From a bacterium (GTDB lineage Bacteria; Cyanobacteriota; Vampirovibrionia; Gastranaerophilales; Gastranaerophilaceae), in the NCBI GenBank assembly GCA_017512405.1, contig JAFWGJ010000027.1:1-53188 (forward strand): 53,188 bases of DNA, written 5' to 3'. Of the stretch, positions 37,681 through 46,019 are shown piece after piece. Positions within the stretch are counted from its first letter, which is position 1. The number at the start of each line of letters is the position of its first letter. The position numbers and the translations under genes were made by a program. Below the pieces are notes generated by a model, which ran no database searches, was not told where the DNA came from, and saw only the letters and a program-made list of their open reading frames with translations.

Positions 37681-38082
37681 TTATTTAATCTGAAATACAC
37701 ATTTTGTGCAGTAACCCCTGGGTGTAAGAACCATATTATCTTCTAAATCATACATTTGTTCAATTCTTACTTTTAGAAGAGATTTACATTTTGGACAATA
37801 TAATTCTGTTTCACCATTAAGAATACGTTGTTTTAAAACATCCATGACTTCCATTGGTACTTCTTCAAATTCAAAATCTTTTTCAAGAACTTTTAGTTCA
37901 TCAGCAAGACAGCGTAACCCTTTGGCTAAATTTTGCCTAACCGTAACCGACAAAAATAACTCACGTCCGGCTTCAATTTCTTCAATAATTACAGCAGGAA
38001 CATTACATTTTTTTGACAAGCCAAACGGAGTAAGTCCCAGAGCTTCTCTTTTTCTTTGTACAAATTGAGCCAATGTATCCAT
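37681..38082 (-). CDS. XRE-family helix-turn-helix protein with a C-terminal zinc-ribbon
   Basis: N-terminal HTH (RKREALGLTPFGLSKKCNVPAVIIEEIEAG) and a CPKC...CTKC four-Cys ribbon. Confidence 0.65.
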   Translation of the reverse strand: MDTLAQFVQRKREALGLTPFGLSKKCNVPAVIIEEIEAGRELFLSVTVRQNLAKGLRCLADELKVLEKDFEFEEVPMEVMDVLKQRILNGETELYCPKCKSLLKVRIEQMYDLEDNMVLTPRGYCTKCVFQIK

Positions 38083-38184
38083 TGCTACATTATAGAATAA
38101 AATAGATTCTCTTTACAATTGTTAAGCAATGTTAAGAAATGGAATAAAAAAATAAATTCATTTTAACAAAACTTAATAAAAGGG

Positions 38185-38213
38185 TTGCGGAATTTTTTAG
38201 AAGATGCTATAAT
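38185..38213 (+). promoter_or_regulatory. Near-consensus sigma70-type promoter with an extended -10
   Basis: TTGCGG, 17 nt, then TGcTATAAT. It lies ~250 nt upstream of the sigma-factor start codon. Confidence 0.6.
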
Positions 38214-38470
38214 AAAAATGTACATATTATGCATTTGAATTTTGCAAGTGGGAGTCTTGCATAGAATTATTTTTTAAGTCTGTTTAATTAAAACCACAAA
38301 ATCGCAAATACGAAGAGTATATCTATCGTATAGCTTAGTTTGTCTGTTAAAATTTATGTTTTAATGGTCTACTTTGTATTGCGAAAATTTTGAAATGTTG
38401 ATTTTTTTAAAATCATCATTAAAAACAAAAAATGAGAGATGAGAGAATAAGAAGATGAGGAGAGATGCTT

Positions 38471-39370
38471 ATGAGAAATTGTCCTGTTGAAATGAAAAAA
38501 GGTTTTACAAATCCTGCAAAAAGCGAAGTTGTTGCAAGCGAAAATGATTCTACATTATCAGTTTATGTAAGAGAATTAGCTTCAATCAAAACATTATCAC
38601 CATTTGAAGAAAAAGAAATTGCAAAAAAAGCTGCTGAAGGTGATATGGAAGCTAAAAAACAATTAGTTCAAGCTAATTTAAAATTAGTTATCACAATTGC
38701 AAAAAAAGCAATTCACATGTCAAATTTACCTATGGTTGATTTAATTCAAGAAGGTAACTTAGGTCTTATGATTGCTGCTGAAAAATTTAACTGGAAATTA
38801 GGTTACAAATTTTCAACTTATGCAAGCTGGTGGATTAAACAATCTATGTTCAAAGCTATTTCTGAACAAGGTCACTGCATGAAGATTCCTGTATATATTC
38901 AAGAAACATTATCAAAATTCTCAAAAGTTAAATCTGAAATGGAAAAACAATACAACTGTCAAGTAAATACAAAAGATGTTGCTCAAAGAATGAACATTTC
39001 TGCAGATAAAATTGATACATATTTATCAGCATATTCAAAATCAGTATCATTAGAAGGCGGTTTTGAAAACAATGACGGTAAAGAAACATCATTAGCAGAA
39101 ATTTTGGCAGATGAAAAAGCAAGCGTTCATTCATCAGTTGAATTTGAAGGCTTAAAGAAAGATATCGAAATGGTTGTTTCAACATTAAAAGAACGTGAAC
39201 AAGAAGTTGTAAGAATGCGTTATGGCTTAGGTAATGTTGCTAAGAAAACATTGGAAGAAATTGGCAATATCTACGGCGTAACAAAAGAATGTATCAGACA
39301 AACAGAAATCAGAGCTTTGAAAAAAATGAAAGCTCAAGCACAAGAAGTTTTAGCTTGCTATATGGACTAA
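38471..39370 (+). CDS. RpoD-family (sigma70) RNA polymerase sigma factor lacking region 1.1
   Basis: Regions 2-4: LVITIAKK, FSTYASWWIKQSMFKAISEQGHCMKIPVY, LEEIGNIYGVTKECIRQTEIRALKKMK. ATG 38471 sits 8 nt after GGAG; the track start 38465 abuts the SD. Confidence 0.85.
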   Translation: MRNCPVEMKKGFTNPAKSEVVASENDSTLSVYVRELASIKTLSPFEEKEIAKKAAEGDMEAKKQLVQANLKLVITIAKKAIHMSNLPMVDLIQEGNLGLMIAAEKFNWKLGYKFSTYASWWIKQSMFKAISEQGHCMKIPVYIQETLSKFSKVKSEMEKQYNCQVNTKDVAQRMNISADKIDTYLSAYSKSVSLEGGFENNDGKETSLAEILADEKASVHSSVEFEGLKKDIEMVVSTLKEREQEVVRMRYGLGNVAKKTLEEIGNIYGVTKECIRQTEIRALKKMKAQAQEVLACYMD

Positions 39371-39514
39371 TAAGTTTACGAGATTGTACTCAGCTTAAAA
39401 GTCCAAGAAAGTTGAGTAGAGTTATAGCGAGGAAAAATAATAGAGAGAAAATAAGGATATTAGAAGAAAGACAAAAACATTTTAAACATCATCATTCATC
39501 ATCTTTTTCAAATA

Positions 39515-39545
39515 AAAACGGCGGAACATATGTTCCGCCGTTTTT
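39515..39545. terminator. Bidirectional rho-independent terminator
   Basis: AAAAACGGCGGAACA-TA-TGTTCCGCCGTTTTT, between convergent genes. Confidence 0.85.
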
Positions 39546-39547
39546 AT

Positions 39548-40222
39548 TTATACCAGTCCTTCTTTTACTGCCTTTACTGCTGCTTGAACACGGTCATTTA
39601 CACACATTTTTTGTAAAATAGAACAAACATGTGCTTTTGCTGTATGAACGCTTACAATTAATTCTTTTGCAATTTCAGTATTACTTTTACCTGTAACCAG
39701 ATGTTTTAAAACTTCGTATTCTCTTTCTGTTAGCGGAACTCTGCCTTCTTGTGAAGAATTGCCTGCTAAAAGTCTTGTATTTTCGGGCTTTGGAAAGGAA
39801 CTTAATGCCAATTGTGCGATTTCAGGGTCAAGCCAGCAAACTCCGTTTGCAACATCTCTTACTACATCTGCAAGTTTATTTGGGTCAATATCTTTCATAC
39901 AATAACCTGTTGCTCCCGAACTTAATGCAGCTACTACTTCTTCCTCTCTATCGTGAGATGTAAGCGCTATTATTTTTATTTTCGGATTTATTTCTTTTGC
40001 TTTTATTGTTGCTTCAATACCGTTCATACCCGGTAAACCTAAATCCATGAGTACAACATCAGGGTTATATTTTTGGATTAAATTCAGCCCCTCATTGGCA
40101 TCCTCACACTCGGCTAATACTTCAATGTCTTCATTAGCATTAAGCGCACATCTTAAACCGACTCTTGTTAATTTGAAATCTTCAATAATAATAACTGAAA
40201 TGGTTTTTGTTGCTACTGTCAT
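39548..40222 (-). CDS. NarL/LuxR-family two-component response regulator
   Basis: REC domain (IIIEDF..., DVVLMDLGLPGMNG) and a LuxR HTH (LTEREYEVLKHLVTGKSNTEIAKELIVSVHTAKAHV). Confidence 0.9.
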   Translation of the reverse strand: MTVATKTISVIIIEDFKLTRVGLRCALNANEDIEVLAECEDANEGLNLIQKYNPDVVLMDLGLPGMNGIEATIKAKEINPKIKIIALTSHDREEEVVAALSSGATGYCMKDIDPNKLADVVRDVANGVCWLDPEIAQLALSSFPKPENTRLLAGNSSQEGRVPLTEREYEVLKHLVTGKSNTEIAKELIVSVHTAKAHVCSILQKMCVNDRVQAAVKAVKEGLV

Positions 40223-40437
40223 ATTTTTCTCCTTATTTGGTCTGTTTACAAATAAAATTAAATTATATTTTTTGCAATTGGGAAATTAGGCAAAAGAGTA
40301 GTATTATATTAGCCGATAAGGTAATATCCATAAGGGGAATAAGATAATATACTATTGAAGAATGAGATTATTAACATGTTCTTGATAAATAATTTTTTCT
40401 ATTGTAAAATCAACTTGTTAAAGATATGAGGTAAAAA

Positions 40438-40683
40438 ATGGATCAAATAATTAAAACTGCGTGGGATTTAAATGAAAAAACAGAAAACAGATACCAATTG
40501 GTATATGAAATTTCTGAGCTTGCAAAAAAATTGGTAGATGAAAACCAAGCAAGAAAGGCCAGAGAGGATTTTGGTTTTGATGAATACGGTTTTGAAAGTT
40601 CATCATATAAAAAAGAAAATCCTGTTGAACACGCTATTATGGTTAAATATTCAGAATCTGACGAAGATAGTCTTGTTGGTTAG
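40438..40683 (+). CDS. Possible RNA polymerase omega subunit (cyanobacterial-type RpoZ-like)
   Basis: 81 aa. NRYQLVYEISELAKKLVDE resembles the RpoZ NRY(x)L core helix. Weak, assigned by eye only. Confidence 0.4.
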   Translation: MDQIIKTAWDLNEKTENRYQLVYEISELAKKLVDENQARKAREDFGFDEYGFESSSYKKENPVEHAIMVKYSESDEDSLVG

Positions 40684-40721
40684 TGTAATTTAATTCAAAT
40701 TAATAATTTAGGAGAAGTATA

Positions 40722-41528
40722 ATGCAGTTACAAGATACGGTTACGTATATTAATGAGAAAACAAATAATTTTACACCTGAAATTGCTTTAATTTTAGGTT
40801 CAGGTTTAGGCGATTTTGCTGATGATTTCAGTGATTTTGTTATTCCATACGGTGATATACCTGGTTTTGAAGCTTCAACTGTAAAAGGTCATAAAGGACA
40901 ATTAGTTTTTGCAACAATATGCGGCAAAAAAGTAGTTATGATGCAGGGTAGATATCACTATTATGAAGGACATCCAATTCAAAGAGTTGTTTATCCTGTT
41001 AAAGTTTTCAAAAAATTGGGTGTTAAAAATTTAATTGTTACGAACGCTGCCGGCGGAATTAGCAGAGATTTTCAGGCTTCTGATTTGATGCTAATTACAG
41101 ACCATATTAACTTTATGCATGTAAATCCGCTTATTGGACCTAATGATGACGATTTGGGACCAAGATTTCCTGATATGACAGATGTTTACAAAAAAGATTT
41201 ACAAGAATTAGCTATGGCAGCTGCTAAAAAGTTAAATATTAACCTTAAAAAAGGTGTTTATATGGCACTTACAGGTCCTAATTACGAAACGCCTTCCGAA
41301 ACAAAAATGGTTAAATTGTTAGGTGCTGACGCTGTCGGTATGTCAACAGTTCCTGAGGCAATGGTTGCAAATTATTGCGGTATAAAAGTCTTGGGTATAA
41401 GTTGTATTTCAAATGCAGCAGCAGGTATTACAGGCGAAACTCTTTCTCATCAAGAAGTTATAGAAGCTGCTAATGCTGCAAAAAGTAAGTTCAAATCATT
41501 ACTTCTTGAAATTATTAAAGGTATGTAA
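40722..41528 (+). CDS. punA: Purine nucleoside phosphorylase (PunA/trimeric type)
   Basis: ILGSGLG, GRYHYYEG, GPNYETPSE, GADAVGMSTVPE. Confidence 0.9.
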   Translation: MQLQDTVTYINEKTNNFTPEIALILGSGLGDFADDFSDFVIPYGDIPGFEASTVKGHKGQLVFATICGKKVVMMQGRYHYYEGHPIQRVVYPVKVFKKLGVKNLIVTNAAGGISRDFQASDLMLITDHINFMHVNPLIGPNDDDLGPRFPDMTDVYKKDLQELAMAAAKKLNINLKKGVYMALTGPNYETPSETKMVKLLGADAVGMSTVPEAMVANYCGIKVLGISCISNAAAGITGETLSHQEVIEAANAAKSKFKSLLLEIIKGM

Positions 41529-41552
41529 TTTTATACTACATAAAAATTTTAC

Positions 41553-41583
41553 AAAGCCGGATTTTTATCCGGCTTTATTTATA
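41553..41583. terminator. Bidirectional rho-independent terminator
   Basis: AAAGCCGGAT-TTTT-ATCCGGCTTT followed by T-rich sequence, between convergent genes. Confidence 0.8.
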
Positions 41584-43785
41584 TTAATTTCTTTTATAAA
41601 ATTTAACAGATTTTATTGTTATAGGCCTATTTGTTTTTATTGTAATTGTTTTGATATCAGTATTTAAGAGCCAAGACGGAAAATTATCAAACGGAAACAA
41701 TACGGATGTTTGTTTTGATTTAAAATGTAAATCGGAATTACTATTATTAATTGAAATAGTATATTCAATATCTTTGTTATCAGTATTTAATTCAACTAAA
41801 TCGATATTTTTACCGTTTTGAGGAATATCAAATTTAATAATATTACCATTTAAAGAATAATTTATATTTAAATTTTTAACAGGCAATGAGTTTATAGAAT
41901 TAAACCAAGCATCAGGTAAATATTCTAAATTATTTGTCGAGAGTACTTTGTCCAATAAGTACATATCTTTATTATTTTTATTATTTTTTATAAAGAAAAC
42001 GTTATTTTCTGTTTTAAATGTTGAGTATTCATTATTTAAAACTAAATTTCTGTATAACGGATTAATTCTTAGTGATGGATAAATATTATCAAATCTGTTA
42101 AGATAAGTTTTTAAAAGAACTATTTTAGGTTGGACGTGTGCAATTTTGTAACTTTGTTTAGAATTCGTCATAATAAAATATGATGTATATGGTATTGGCA
42201 TTTTTTTATTAAAGATAAAATAGTTTGCCCCACTATTTAAGTCGAGAAAATCTGCGTTGGGGTATTTTTCAAAAATAGAGTTTATTTCATTATTATTTTG
42301 TAGTTTGAGGTTAAAGCTTTTCCATTTATTTAAAGTCGTAGAATTCATAAATATCAAGTAGATAGCCATTATTGAGGCAACATACTTAGGTGCTTTGCTG
42401 TTTATGAATAACAGAGGAATAATTACAGTTAAATATGACAGCGAAATTTCTCGAATTCTTAACATTAAAATTCCGTCTATTCTGCCTAATGAATAGCTTG
42501 TCGATAAGCATACGTATAAAATTGCAAAAATGAGTAGAAAAATATTTTTAACATTTTTATTTTTAAATTCTTCAAAAAGTTTAATTATGAAATACGGTAC
42601 CACTAATAATGCAAAAAGTTTTATACAATCAGAGGGTATTTGCTGCCATTTGAATAAAGGAAAATCGTTTCCAAATGAGAATATATTGCTTTGTATATAA
42701 TTAGCTGATTCAATTAAGTAATAATAAATAAAATCTTTATTAAAATAGATAATTAATCCGATTAATATTACAGAAATATATTTATGAGGTTGTTTTATAA
42801 AAACATATATTGCGAGTGGTAAACTTGCAAGAATCCAATAATTACCATGACCTATGTAGAAAAATAATGCAATGTATGCGAAATTTATATATAAGATTAC
42901 CCAAACTAATGGTTTTATTTTAAATGCAGATTTTAAGAAAAAAAAGTAGCTTAATATATACAATTGTGGAATATTAAATGCTCTAAATGCTGACAGAAAG
43001 ATTAAAATGGGGTATTCTTTAAAGATATAATATGAAAAAGTTATCGTTAATATAAGTATAAAATTATCAAAAAGACTTCTTCCTAAAAAAAATGCATTCA
43101 AAGAATTTTCGCCAAATATTTTTTCTCCAAGCAATGGCGGTATAATATCACAAAAACCATGAACCAACGATATATCTTTGTAGTAAGTTAAATTAAATTT
43201 GCTGTGCATAAGCCAAGTTGCCAGCTTTTCACCCTCATGAAATATATCGATTGTTATATTTTCAAAATTATAACCGTTGCCAAAAAACAAGATAAAAAGT
43301 GGGATGAATGCAAATATTGAAAGTTCTGCTTTTTCTTTTTTATAAAGATTTATATAAGAAGATATTATTGATAAAATTATAAAAAATATTATTAAACCCG
43401 CAAGTATAGGGTAAAAATGTCCATTGAAGGGATGTAAAATTATATAGCCGAATGACAAAACTGTTTGAATTGCCATACATAAATGCTTGTGGCTTTGTAT
43501 ATGATACTTAATATCAAAATTTATATCAGGAAGTTCAAATTTAAAATTTATCTTTGGAAGAGGTTTATAAATTGGAATAATTACAAAAAAAAGTGCAACA
43601 TATAAGGGAAACATTGCTAAATCTAAGTATTTATTATGATTTTTATATATTGAATCTCCGACATAAAAATCATTTAAATTTGTATATCCTACAATATCAT
43701 ACAAAAAATGATAAATTAAGCACACAATGCCGCATGACAATAACGAAATTATTATATAATCAAAAATGCTTAAACGTTTATTCAT
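41584..43785 (-). CDS. Large polytopic membrane protein (733 aa) with a C-terminal soluble domain, function unknown
   Basis: About 15 hydrophobic helices over ~500 aa, then an Asn/Lys-rich soluble C-terminus. No catalytic motif recognised. Confidence 0.6.
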   Translation of the reverse strand: MNKRLSIFDYIIISLLSCGIVCLIYHFLYDIVGYTNLNDFYVGDSIYKNHNKYLDLAMFPLYVALFFVIIPIYKPLPKINFKFELPDINFDIKYHIQSHKHLCMAIQTVLSFGYIILHPFNGHFYPILAGLIIFFIILSIISSYINLYKKEKAELSIFAFIPLFILFFGNGYNFENITIDIFHEGEKLATWLMHSKFNLTYYKDISLVHGFCDIIPPLLGEKIFGENSLNAFFLGRSLFDNFILILTITFSYYIFKEYPILIFLSAFRAFNIPQLYILSYFFFLKSAFKIKPLVWVILYINFAYIALFFYIGHGNYWILASLPLAIYVFIKQPHKYISVILIGLIIYFNKDFIYYYLIESANYIQSNIFSFGNDFPLFKWQQIPSDCIKLFALLVVPYFIIKLFEEFKNKNVKNIFLLIFAILYVCLSTSYSLGRIDGILMLRIREISLSYLTVIIPLLFINSKAPKYVASIMAIYLIFMNSTTLNKWKSFNLKLQNNNEINSIFEKYPNADFLDLNSGANYFIFNKKMPIPYTSYFIMTNSKQSYKIAHVQPKIVLLKTYLNRFDNIYPSLRINPLYRNLVLNNEYSTFKTENNVFFIKNNKNNKDMYLLDKVLSTNNLEYLPDAWFNSINSLPVKNLNINYSLNGNIIKFDIPQNGKNIDLVELNTDNKDIEYTISINNSNSDLHFKSKQTSVLFPFDNFPSWLLNTDIKTITIKTNRPITIKSVKFYKRN

Positions 43786-43837
43786 AATTGTATTTTACAA
43801 TAAAAAATTATTGTAATAGTCTATAATTATACAAAAT

Positions 43838-43862
43838 AACATTTTATAAGAAGTGTTATTTA
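43838..43862. repeat. Left arm of a perfect 25-bp inverted repeat
   Basis: AACATTTTATAAGAAGTGTTATTTA is the exact reverse complement of 44281-44305. It extends to 43834/44309 with one T-G apposition. Confidence 0.95.
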
Positions 43863-44280
43863 TGAATATTTTTATATACAATTTAACTTGTCCTGCTCGG
43901 ACAGAGGGAACTTTTGGTGGCAAAAGTTCCACAAAAGCCACGACCAAATTTCCATTCATTAATTTTCACTAAATTCAACTTGAGCAAGCAAACTCACTAC
44001 GTTCAAACAATGCTTGCTTTGTTGTTGTTTCATTAAGTGAAAATTATTCATTACAATATGGTCGTTATAATAAAAAATCGCCCTTTGCGGAATGAACCAT
44101 AATTGTTATGTTCTGTGAAAATTAGTCCGCATTGTCTGAACAACTACAATTTTATGTGAGTTTGCGGACTTGATACAGAACATTTACAAATTATGAGAGA
44201 ATGAAGCGTAGGGCAGGAGTTTCTTTGTACCACGTTTCTTTGCGGTCAAAGAAATGTGGTGTAAAAATATAATAATATGT
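43863..44280 (+). ncRNA. Candidate large structured RNA (family unknown) or the cargo of a MITE-like element
   Basis: No ORF of 60 aa or more on any frame. 29/60 G+C at 43891-43950 against 8/60 at 43801-43860. Nested helices: H1 43907-43930, H2 43940-44065, H3 44098-44195, H4 44224-44265, closed by 43891-43896/44213-44218. Every non-Watson-Crick apposition I found inside a helix is G-T on the + strand. Confidence 0.4.
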
Positions 44281-44305
44281 TAAATAACACTTCTTATAAA
44301 ATGTT
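44281..44305. repeat. Right arm of a perfect 25-bp inverted repeat
   Basis: TAAATAACACTTCTTATAAAATGTT, the reverse complement of 43838-43862. Confidence 0.95.
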
Positions 44306-44335
44306 GTTTATATAGATGCCCAAATAAAGTTTTAT

Positions 44336-45430
44336 TTAAGCATCAATAATTCCACCGCCAAGGACTAAATCATTATCATAAAAAACAATGGACTGTCCTA
44401 TTGCTATTGATTTTTGCATGTTTTCAAAATGAACTTTTATATTTTCGCTATCAATTTGTAAAAATTCAACAGGGGTTAATTCTTGCGTTGAACGAATTTT
44501 TGCCATACATTTTAAATTTTTAGGCATTTCGTCAAAAGCTATCCAATTTAATTTTGTAGCAACAAGTTCATCTTTCATTGTTTCGTCTTTAAATCCTACA
44601 ACAACTTCATTTGTATCTTTACGTAATTCAATAACATAAAGAGCCTCAGTTGAAGATACACCAAGCCCCTTTCTTTGACCAATTGTATAATTCCAAATTC
44701 CGTTGTGTGTTCCTAAGATTTTTCCTGATTTGTCCACAATATTTCCTTGCTTATCCTGAACTTCAAGTAATTCGTTATAATCACCTTCGTAAAAATCCTG
44801 ACTGTCAGGTTTATCATGAACTGTAATACCGGCATTTTTCGCAATTTCTCTTATTTCTTCTTTCGTGTATTCACCAAGCGGCAGAATAATATTTTTTAAT
44901 TGCTCTTGTGTTAATCTATACAAAAAATAAGATTGATCTTTCTTTAAATTTGAACCTTTTTTTAAATAAAATCTACCGTTTTCTTCAATAACTTTTGCAT
45001 AGTGTCCTGTTGCAAACTTATCAAATTCAATTCCGTTTAATTTTGCAATACGTGGCAAAACATCAAATTTGATGAGACTATTACACCAAATACAAGGATT
45101 TGGTGTTCTTCCTTGCAAATACTCTTTTTTAAAATTTTCCAAAACTATTTTTTCATATTGTTCTGCACAATCAAAAACGTGATAAGGTATTCCAATTTGT
45201 TCGCAAATTTTTCGCCCTGCTTCAATATCTTCTTTTTCATCAGGGCCGTAGCAAGCACCATGTGTAGATTTTGGTTTTAATCTGTTCATTTTTTCTTGAA
45301 TTTTTTTTTGCACGCCGTTTTTGCCCCAAATAGACATTGTTGCGCCAATTACTTCGTGCCCTTGTTGTTTTAATAAATATGCTGCAACAGCAGAATCTAC
45401 ACCGCCTGAAATTCCAACTAATATTTTCAT
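44336..45430 (-). CDS. mnmA: tRNA 2-thiouridine(34) synthase MnmA
   Basis: PP-loop GISGGVDSAV, and CNSLIKF. ATG 45430 (MKILVG...) follows AAAGGA; the track ORF extends 20 codons further upstream. Confidence 0.9.
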   Translation of the reverse strand: MKILVGISGGVDSAVAAYLLKQQGHEVIGATMSIWGKNGVQKKIQEKMNRLKPKSTHGACYGPDEKEDIEAGRKICEQIGIPYHVFDCAEQYEKIVLENFKKEYLQGRTPNPCIWCNSLIKFDVLPRIAKLNGIEFDKFATGHYAKVIEENGRFYLKKGSNLKKDQSYFLYRLTQEQLKNIILPLGEYTKEEIREIAKNAGITVHDKPDSQDFYEGDYNELLEVQDKQGNIVDKSGKILGTHNGIWNYTIGQRKGLGVSSTEALYVIELRKDTNEVVVGFKDETMKDELVATKLNWIAFDEMPKNLKCMAKIRSTQELTPVEFLQIDSENIKVHFENMQKSIAIGQSIVFYDNDLVLGGGIIDA

Positions 45431-45526
45431 AATTAATCCTTTACTCGTAAAAATGTTCGGTATACCATAACATATATTAAACATTGACACATAAACATAT
45501 TTTTAAATCAAGAATGAGGAATTTTT

Positions 45527-46018
45527 ATGAACGATTTAACACCGTCTTTAATGAAATATTTGAAATTTATATATAAAACTATTGAAGAAAGTGGAAATGT
45601 TCAGGCAAAAGACTTATCAAAAATGTTGAATGTTGGGCGTTCATCAATATCAGAGGCTTTGAAACTTTTAGAACGAAAGGGTTATATCGAATATGAACGC
45701 TACGGGCAGATAACTCTGACATTGCTTGGTGTTAAGACTGCGGATTTGCAGATGAAAAGACATCAAATAATTTGTAATTTTCTGAAATTTGTTCTTGCAA
45801 TAAATGAAAACGAAACGGATGAAATTGCCGATAAATTTGAATATACAATTCCTGAAATTGCAATAGACAGATTTGTAAAATTTTTAAATTTTATGCAAAT
45901 TTGTAGCTGTGAAAATCCTAAATGGATACAAAATATGCAAGAATATGCAAAAACTCAAAAATTTACAAAAAAATGCGAAAGTTGCAAAGGGGAGTGTAAA
46001 GGTGGGTGCTGCAGCTAA
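45527..46018 (+). CDS. DtxR-family metalloregulator with an unusual Cys-rich C-terminal tail
   Basis: DtxR N-terminal and dimerisation pattern (YLKFIYKTIEESGNVQAKDLSKMLNVGRSSISEALKLLERKGYI; KRHQIICNFL). The tail CSCENPKW...KKCESCKGECKGGCCS has 9 Cys in the last 38 aa. Confidence 0.7.
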   Translation: MNDLTPSLMKYLKFIYKTIEESGNVQAKDLSKMLNVGRSSISEALKLLERKGYIEYERYGQITLTLLGVKTADLQMKRHQIICNFLKFVLAINENETDEIADKFEYTIPEIAIDRFVKFLNFMQICSCENPKWIQNMQEYAKTQKFTKKCESCKGECKGGCCS

Positions 46019-46019
46019 C

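Noticed and set aside
38432-38458. A mini-uORF (ATG AGA GAT GAG AGA ATA AGA AGA TGA) just upstream of the sigma-factor start.
   Set aside because: It lies in a purine-rich tract that is more simply the ribosome-binding region. It has no SD of its own and there is no evidence of conservation.
40312-40319. GCCGATAA, an exact match to the sigma28/FliA -10 consensus, sits 119 nt upstream of the RpoZ-like ORF.
   Set aside because: The -35 position has CAAAAG rather than TAAA. A single 8-mer match in ~106 kb of two-strand sequence can occur by chance, and the downstream gene is not flagellar.
43862-43972. A 36-codon + strand ORF (MNIFIYNLTCPARTEGTFGGKSSTKATTKFPFINFH) inside the island.
   Set aside because: It has no convincing Shine-Dalgarno and starts inside the AT-rich inverted-repeat arm. 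Its sequence is fully accounted for by helices H1 and H2, so it is probably fortuitous.
44110-44181. AGTCCGC and ACAGAAC inside the structured island resemble the RNase P RNA conserved regions (GGAAAGUCCGG / ACAGAAnCCGGCUUA).
   Set aside because: Here the two motifs pair with each other in a simple ~70-nt hairpin only ~40 nt apart. In RNase P RNA they are separated by ~280 nt and form P4. The other universal RNase P blocks are absent.
44224-44265. TTGTACCACG followed by a strong hairpin resembles a T-box (TGGTACCGCG) plus terminator.
   Set aside because: There is no T-run after the hairpin, no downstream + strand gene (mnmA is on the opposite strand), no specifier-loop or AGAGA features, and only 8/10 identity.
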